A stretch of 50,505 nucleotides of DNA from a virus. Its lineage: Duplodnaviria; Caudoviricetes. Shown piece by piece: positions 45,541 through 50,505 of the stretch. The notes under the pieces were generated by a model. The model ran no database searches. It worked only from the letters and a program-made list of their open reading frames with translations, and was not told the origin of the DNA. The stretch covers positions 1-50,505 of IMG/VR virus record IMGVR_UViG_3300017777_004495; one strand, 5' to 3'. Position numbers and translations under genes: made by a program. Every line of letters starts with the position of its first letter. Within the stretch, counting starts at the first letter, position 1.

Positions 45541-46194
45541 TCAGCCGGGGAAAATGTCACGTCCGAACGCTTTTAGATAGTGCGCGGCAGCAACAGGATT
45601 TATTTTCTTCAAGCGATCATACTCCTGTTTCCGATTTGGAGGAGTAGCACTTGAATCGGCAGGCGCAGAACGCTGCGGTGCAGTCGAAACAGCAGGCTGC
45701 TGTACGACAGGCAATGCCTGGATCGGATTGGACACGCCAGCAGCAGTCAATACCTTTGCGAGAGCGATGCGCTCTTCGTCGTCGTCCGTAGCGTCTTCGA
45801 TGGCTTTCCGTGCCTGCTCAGGCAACGAAGCCAGCGTCGCGACAGCGCGCTCGTTCGTAACGGAAGCTAGCAAAGACTCCATCTCCGCTAACTTGGTGGC
45901 TTGCTGGGCAGCGGTCGATTCCAATTGCGCCCACTTCTCGTCGTTACGAGGAGCGGCTTTAGTTAGCATCGCCTTGGCCTTGCCGAGATCGTCAAAACCT
46001 AGCTCGGCGAGCACACGGCGTTCTGCCGAAGCACGCGTCTCATCGAGTCGCTCTTTTAATTGCGCGCTAGTCAAACGCACATCGGCAACCTGCGTCGGCA
46101 CAATCGGTGCCGCAGGTGCTTCAGGCTGCGTGTGAGTAAGAGCGTCAACCATTGGATTTTCGACAGTCGTCGGAGTGTGTTCAATCAGTGACAT
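45541..46194 (-). CDS. Capsid scaffolding protein
   Basis: LTSAQLKERL..LAELG..KA coiled coil directly upstream of the capsid gene. Confidence 0.75.
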   Translation of the reverse strand: MSLIEHTPTTVENPMVDALTHTQPEAPAAPIVPTQVADVRLTSAQLKERLDETRASAERRVLAELGFDDLGKAKAMLTKAAPRNDEKWAQLESTAAQQATKLAEMESLLASVTNERAVATLASLPEQARKAIEDATDDDEERIALAKVLTAAGVSNPIQALPVVQQPAVSTAPQRSAPADSSATPPNRKQEYDRLKKINPVAAAHYLKAFGRDIFPG

Positions 46195-46262
46195 GCGATT
46201 CCCTTCTTTCCATTACGCGCGATAACGCTCGGCGAGGCGAGGAGTTTGGGGGCGAAATCTTT

Positions 46263-46433
46263 TCAGTACTTAGCTGCTCGGCCTTTGGCTGCGAGCTTCT
46301 GGAACTTCTTCTTTCCGAACTTCTTCCGCCCGATGTAGGCAGCGAGCGCGCCGGGGTCTTCTGTGCCCTTCGCGGCGAGTGACTTGGTGAGAGCGGCGAA
46401 CCGTTTTCCTGTTCCGAGCTTAGGCTGATTCAT
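46263..46433 (-). CDS. Unannotated 56-aa basic protein MNQPKLGTGKRFAALTKSLAAKGTEDPGALAAYIGRKKFGKKKFQKLAAKGRAAKY
   Basis: Translated by hand (below the ORF-track cutoff). ATGA-coupled to the upstream gene. Lys-rich. Confidence 0.75.
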   Translation of the reverse strand: MNQPKLGTGKRFAALTKSLAAKGTEDPGALAAYIGRKKFGKKKFQKLAAKGRAAKY

Positions 46434-46849
46434 GCTGCACCTTTACGTTTCGCCATCATATATCGAAAGCGTTTTGTTTTCTGCGCGATCTTTTCAGGCT
46501 GTGCGACGAACTGTTCGCCCCGCTTCATGCCTTCGCGCTTTGCGCGCGTTGTCGCCGAGTATTCTTTCGACGAAAGCTTTTTGATTGCTGCTTCCGGCAA
46601 ATACCTCTCGCCGGTTTGCAACGAAGGCTTTCCACTCTTTGTGCGCCACTTCTGCTTTGACCAACGTGACAGCGCGTTGCTTGCGCTCTTCGCTCCCACG
46701 TAGCCGCCGCCTGCCTGCTTGTAGCGAGCTACCGCAAGTTGCGCTTTTCTCGCAGACCACTGACCTGGTTTCCCGCTTTTTGACCCAGCCTTGACTGAAG
46801 CGACGATGTTGCTCCACATCTTTGGCTTAGTTTTCTCAGCGGTCGACAT
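46430..46849 (-). CDS. Basic phage protein (WSARKAQL / ERYLP family, DUF5872-like)
   Basis: GKPGQWSARKAQL..YK..GGGY..L..W..QKW.TKSG..GERYLPE. Confidence 0.75.
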   Translation of the reverse strand: MSTAEKTKPKMWSNIVASVKAGSKSGKPGQWSARKAQLAVARYKQAGGGYVGAKSASNALSRWSKQKWRTKSGKPSLQTGERYLPEAAIKKLSSKEYSATTRAKREGMKRGEQFVAQPEKIAQKTKRFRYMMAKRKGAA

Positions 46850-46852
46850 GAG

Positions 46853-47146
46853 TCACTTGCCTCGAAGGATACTTGAAACTGACTTCGTGCTCCACATACG
46901 ACACGACCAAAAACGCGCAGTGGTGCGATCTCTGGCCGTGTCGCAGTTGTGGCGAGCGCGGAAATTACGACGGCGCGCAGGATTGTCGCGTTTGATTTCC
47001 ATGTTCGGGTCGCCGAAATTTACCTTGATGACGTTGCCCTTGGAGTTCTTGACGAACACCTTGAACTTCTTGACGTCTCCAGGCATGGGTTTGCCCAGCT
47101 TCACGCGAGATTTCTCGACGGTATTGCTGAACTTACCCTTCGCCAT
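46853..47146 (-). CDS. Basic phage protein (KVNFGD..RRRNFRARHNC..WSC family)
   Basis: Motif pattern recognised from memory of uncultured-phage proteins; function unknown. Confidence 0.75.
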   Translation of the reverse strand: MAKGKFSNTVEKSRVKLGKPMPGDVKKFKVFVKNSKGNVIKVNFGDPNMEIKRDNPARRRNFRARHNCDTARDRTTARFWSCRMWSTKSVSSILRGK

Positions 47147-47158
47147 GTCTACGTTCTA

Positions 47159-47548
47159 TCAGGCGCGGTCAACAAACGCCATGATGCCCATCTCGCAGTC
47201 GAGCGCGGTCGATGCCGCAAGTTCGGCTCCAGCGGCATCTGAGAGTTGCCCGGTGAAGTTGTCGCCCGACACCGTGAGCGCCTGGACGGCAGTGCCGGTC
47301 AGGAACGCAAGCTGCTTGGCAGTGTCAGCACCAGGGAACGCGCACGAACCCGCCCGCAGCGTCGAAGCCTTGCCGTCGCGGCAAGTCGCATCAATCGCTG
47401 CGCCGATGCCGACGAGCGAAGCGGTGTCAGCTGCTCCAGAATAGGCAGCGTAGTCTGCGGTAATGAGCCAAGATTCCCGCGAGCCGAAGCCCGTGAAAAC
47501 GCGAGAAATACAAGTCAATCCACGAATCGTTCCAGCGATGACAGCCAT
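47159..47548 (-). CDS. Hypothetical virion protein (possible head decoration)
   Basis: GGAGAG RBS, Ala/Gly/Thr-rich, strong codon bias. Confidence 0.65.
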   Translation of the reverse strand: MAVIAGTIRGLTCISRVFTGFGSRESWLITADYAAYSGAADTASLVGIGAAIDATCRDGKASTLRAGSCAFPGADTAKQLAFLTGTAVQALTVSGDNFTGQLSDAAGAELAASTALDCEMGIMAFVDRA

Positions 47549-47561
47549 GATCAATCTCTCC

Positions 47562-47891
47562 CTAACTTGCGGCCCGCTTGATTGCGTGGACCGTTGCTTT
47601 GTCTTGTTTTGCGGCTTTGATCAGCCGCCGAATCTGGTCGCGCTCTACTTCAAGCGTCTTCCGTGATTTAATCTCGTTCTCTACGTATCGCAAACGATGT
47701 TTCAAATCACGAACAAGTTGCGTTGCCGACATTGGCTGCAAAACAGCAGGCATTCGTTTAGCCGCAACTTGAATACTGTCTGCGTCTAGCTGCTCTGCTG
47801 CGCTAACTGCCGAGGGCGCTACCACAGGAACAGCCCGCGAAACGAACTGTTCGCCGAACTCGAACACGTTTGGATCGTTGGTGCTGCTCAC
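47562..47891 (-). CDS. Hypothetical coiled-coil protein
   Basis: GTGA-coupled, basic C-terminal coiled coil. Confidence 0.65.
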   Translation of the reverse strand: MSSTNDPNVFEFGEQFVSRAVPVVAPSAVSAAEQLDADSIQVAAKRMPAVLQPMSATQLVRDLKHRLRYVENEIKSRKTLEVERDQIRRLIKAAKQDKATVHAIKRAAS

Positions 47892-48217
47892 TTGGCTTCG
47901 CGCTTTACGATTTCTGCGTTAACCAGATCGCGCCACGCTGGGCTCAATTGCTCGTCGCCGATCAGCGCAAGCAGTTCCATCTCGCTGGCGTAGGCGAGTT
48001 CACCGGCAAATTCTTCGTCGCTAATGCCGTGCGCTTCTGGTGCAGGTGCTTCTGGTGCAGTCGCTTCTGGCGCAGGCGCTTCTGGCGCAGGCTGCTTTTT
48101 GCCTGACTTCTTTGGCTTGTCTGCCGGAACATCAGAAAAAAGCCACGAGGCTTCGCCGCACGCAAGGCACGAATCCGAAACGTCTTCGCAAAGACCGCAG
48201 ACCTGGCAATTCCTCAT
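47888..48217 (-). CDS. Zn-ribbon protein (CxxC..CxxC) with PAPEA linker
   Basis: CQVCG..CLACGE. GAGG RBS before ATG 48217. Confidence 0.65.
   Translation of the reverse strand: MRNCQVCGLCEDVSDSCLACGEASWLFSDVPADKPKKSGKKQPAPEAPAPEATAPEAPAPEAHGISDEEFAGELAYASEMELLALIGDEQLSPAWRDLVNAEIVKREAK
48033..48092 (-). repeat. 15-bp tandem repeat x4 (PAPEA)
   Basis: GCTTCTGGYGCAGKY units read directly. Confidence 0.9.
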
Positions 48218-48224
48218 TACGCCT

Positions 48225-48965
48225 CTATGTATCAAATCTGTATTCTATCGAGCAACGACAATTTGGATGCAGCGGAGGATCGCCTTCAGCGAACTCTTCG
48301 TCCAATTCGACTTCTTGTCCATCGAATCCTTGGCAGGACGTGCACGTCGTTGAGTCCAATGTGGCGTCCCACCGTCTGGTGATAGGCCCTCTTTCTACCG
48401 CTATCTGCTCTGCTGTATCACGACGCGCTTCTTCAAATGTCCTAATCGCCTCGAATGCTGCGATTTGCCTAAGCCTGTTATCTATGGCCGCTTGCGCTTG
48501 CTGTTGCAACACGGCAGCGGCTTGCTGACCGGCATCTTCAGCAGATTCTTTGGCTACACTGGTGCGTCTTTTAACGAAAGCCAGAAAACCTGCTGCTACT
48601 TTTGCCGCGCGAGACAAGTCTCGGCGAGCAGTAGCGCGAGTAGTAGGGCGAGTAGTCGATTCAGGTGATGCTCGGCGAGTAGTAGGGCGAGTAGTCGATT
48701 CGGGCGATGCTCGGCGAGCAGTAGGGCGAGTCGTTGAACGCGCAGCATCGTCCGTCTTTTGCCCGATTTTCGTCGCTAGTTCGTCTTCGACAGATGACCG
48801 ACCAAGTTTCCGCAGTTCATTCTCGCCGCGATAAAGCGCCCGCGTAAAGAATGCGATGTCGCCATTGTTCGCGGCGCGCCTTAACAGCAAAAGAAGAAGG
48901 ATTTCGGCCTCAAGAAGCCTCTTCCTCGTTTTCGCTCGCTGCTTGTCCCTTGCTAGACTTGGCAT
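48225..48965 (-). CDS. Minor head/head morphogenesis protein (Mu F/SPP1 gp7-like)
   Basis: RRWDATLDSTTCTSC..DG..PPLHPNCRC. Confidence 0.85.
   Translation of the reverse strand: MPSLARDKQRAKTRKRLLEAEILLLLLLRRAANNGDIAFFTRALYRGENELRKLGRSSVEDELATKIGQKTDDAARSTTRPTARRASPESTTRPTTRRASPESTTRPTTRATARRDLSRAAKVAAGFLAFVKRRTSVAKESAEDAGQQAAAVLQQQAQAAIDNRLRQIAAFEAIRTFEEARRDTAEQIAVERGPITRRWDATLDSTTCTSCQGFDGQEVELDEEFAEGDPPLHPNCRCSIEYRFDT
48636..48734 (-). repeat. 39-bp tandem repeat x~2.5 (RRASPESTTRPTT)
   Basis: Units start at 48636, 48675 and 48714. Confidence 0.9.
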
Positions 48966-49230
48966 CTAAATTCTCTGATTTCATTGCTTTGGTGAGCAAA
49001 TGTTCGGCGTTATGCGAAGCATTCGATTCGACTTGTTCTTCCAGTTGCTCCGAAATCGCGTCGATGTTCTCGAACGGGTACACTGCTCGCAGTTTATCGA
49101 GCGCCATCCTGCGCGTGATGAGATTGGCCTGCACCGCAAGTGCTGCGGTGGTGACCATTTGCTGCTCTTCGTTCATGTCTAGGCGGAAGAACGAAGGCCA
49201 AATCAGAGACAGACTAGGCGGATTCCACAT
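48910..49230 (-). CDS. Portal C-terminal (crown-like) segment encoded in a separate +1 frame
   Basis: LSLIWPSFF..EEQQMV..ANLITRRMALDKL..NIDAISEQL resembles the C-terminus of SPP1-type portals. 17-nt overlap with the portal ORF. Confidence 0.65.
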   Translation of the reverse strand: MWNPPSLSLIWPSFFRLDMNEEQQMVTTAALAVQANLITRRMALDKLRAVYPFENIDAISEQLEEQVESNASHNAEHLLTKAMKSENLDAKSSKGQAASENEEEAS

Positions 49231-50505
49231 AAGATCGTCCCAAAAGCTGCAAGACGGTGTTTATACCTGCGATTCGTAGTTGCCCGCGCATTCCCATTGT
49301 ATGGCAAATTCGCAGCAGCATGTGCATGCTAGGCAGAAGCAGTTTCGAGCCGCAATCGTCCCGATACTGCTCGCAGCGGTCGATTTGTCGTGCTCGGACC
49401 ACTTCGAGTGCTTTGCCTGACAGCCCGCTTGCCCGCATTCTAATCGAATCCGCGTCGAGGAACACCGCAGACAGCGATTCTGCGAGCTTCATTCGCAGGT
49501 CCATGCAGTGATTCTCCAGTGACGTGAGCGCGTCACCTGGGAGCGAGTGCAGTTGCACCTTTACGTCTGGTGATTCGTACTGCCACACCTCGCCTGGCCC
49601 CTTGCGTCGGCCTTGCTTCTGCGAAACCTGCGCTCGGTACTCGCCGGTAGGTCGATTGTCTCCGCTGATTGGCCCGCCCATCGACGTAGACGGCACTGAA
49701 ACTAGCTCCCCTGGCTGTGTCGGGACGTAACCTGGCTCGACTCCGACCTCAGTCCACTGAGGATCGCCCGCGTAAAGTGCTGCGCGGTGCTTCATTGACA
49801 ATGCGAAGTCTAGCGCGGTGATCTCATCAAGCAAAAACTCATGAATTGGGTGCCCATCGTGGTTGTCTACGACGGAACATCCGCTCATAAATTGGTACCA
49901 AACGACAGGACAGAAACCCATCCCGTGTTCAACCGAAGATTCCACCTCCCACATTGGCTCGCAACCGGATGAAGAGATATTTTCGGAGCGGAACGTCACG
50001 TCTTTCGTGTCGTCGATCTCTCGGCGGTACATCTTCGGCACCACCTTCCATGTATTCCGCGCTTTGAACGTCGCGTAATACGGGTATTCGATGACAAGTC
50101 GCTGAACAGACCCGTCCGCCGCGAACTCCGGTTCGCACCAGCGCGCCTTAACCGAATCCACGAAAAGATGCCCTTCGCGAACTCCGAAGATCAATCCGGC
50201 TGAACCGCACCCCTGCGCCGCAGTGAACGCCTCTCGCATCGCTGCATGAAACCGGCATTGCCGCTGCACTTCGTAGACGAACTTGTCTAAAATTGCAGAT
50301 TCGCTTTCGTTCAACCCTGTTTCGTCGAAAAATCCGTCGTCTTCACTCGGTCGGCTCGTCAGTCGAGGCCAGCGCGTCTCACCAATAACCAAGTCCGTGT
50401 TCGACGAGATGGCGTTAGCCACCAGCGGGTATACGACGCAAGGCGCGCGATACCAAAGCGGCACGCTTCGGTCGAAAAAATCTGGCCGACCCGCGTATTG
50501 TGTGC
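49214..50505 (-). CDS. Portal protein, N-terminally truncated by the window edge
   Basis: Frame is open to the edge. HGMGFCPVVW and SGLSGKAL motifs; first gene of the head module, ahead of the Mu F-like gene. Confidence 0.85.
   Translation of the reverse strand, partial: TQYAGRPDFFDRSVPLWYRAPCVVYPLVANAISSNTDLVIGETRWPRLTSRPSEDDGFFDETGLNESESAILDKFVYEVQRQCRFHAAMREAFTAAQGCGSAGLIFGVREGHLFVDSVKARWCEPEFAADGSVQRLVIEYPYYATFKARNTWKVVPKMYRREIDDTKDVTFRSENISSSGCEPMWEVESSVEHGMGFCPVVWYQFMSGCSVVDNHDGHPIHEFLLDEITALDFALSMKHRAALYAGDPQWTEVGVEPGYVPTQPGELVSVPSTSMGGPISGDNRPTGEYRAQVSQKQGRRKGPGEVWQYESPDVKVQLHSLPGDALTSLENHCMDLRMKLAESLSAVFLDADSIRMRASGLSGKALEVVRARQIDRCEQYRDDCGSKLLLPSMHMLLRICHTMGMRGQLRIAGINTVLQLLGRSYVESA

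Larger units (their letters stand above)
1..50505. mobile_element. Tailed dsDNA bacteriophage genome segment with a Mu-like contractile tail (myovirus morphology inferred)
   Basis: Replication arm (primase-helicase, nuclease, helicase, PolA, resolvase) converges on a late arm (portal, capsid, sheath, tube, tape measure, baseplate, fibres, lysis). No host housekeeping genes seen. Confidence 0.96.

Noticed and set aside
49238-49244. -1 slippery heptamer T-TTG-GGA near the portal end
   Set aside because: The -1 frame stops at 49203-49205 after about 12 codons; the portal-like continuation is in the +1 frame.
1-50505. tRNA genes, integrase/att sites, introns or inteins, alternative genetic code
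   Set aside because: None were recognised. Intergenic gaps are short, core genes are of normal length, and TAA, TAG and TGA all end genes at sensible boundaries.

Overview
The whole window reads as most of one tailed dsDNA phage genome, GC-rich and densely coding. The left ~15.8 kb is an early/replication arm: a divergent primase-helicase, small regulators, a Cas4/RecB-like nuclease, an SF2 helicase, a probable SSB, a family A DNA polymerase, a RuvC-like resolvase and a beta-class DNA methyltransferase. The right ~34.7 kb is a minus-strand late arm: a portal truncated at the window edge, Mu-F-like head protein, small basic proteins, scaffold, major capsid protein, neck, a Mu-like contractile tail and baseplate, about nine fibre/decoration genes, and a lysis cassette. 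No terminase, integrase, tRNA or CRISPR array was seen. A myxobacterial (Polyangiaceae-like) host is a tentative inference. The most notable observations are: (1) a 22-bp palindromic operator GGTGYGTCA-N4-TGTCGCACC shared by three sigma70-type promoters that appear to make leaderless mRNAs; (2) a portal gene whose crown domain lies in a separate +1-frame ORF; (3) a PolA with the invariant motif-B tyrosine replaced by glycine; (4) an unusual lysis cassette with two muralytic enzymes, an FGE-fold protein and an unannotated 34-aa membrane peptide; (5) three small, very basic head-region proteins; and (6) many near-perfect in-frame tandem duplications. All family calls come from motif recognition by eye plus synteny, not from database searches.
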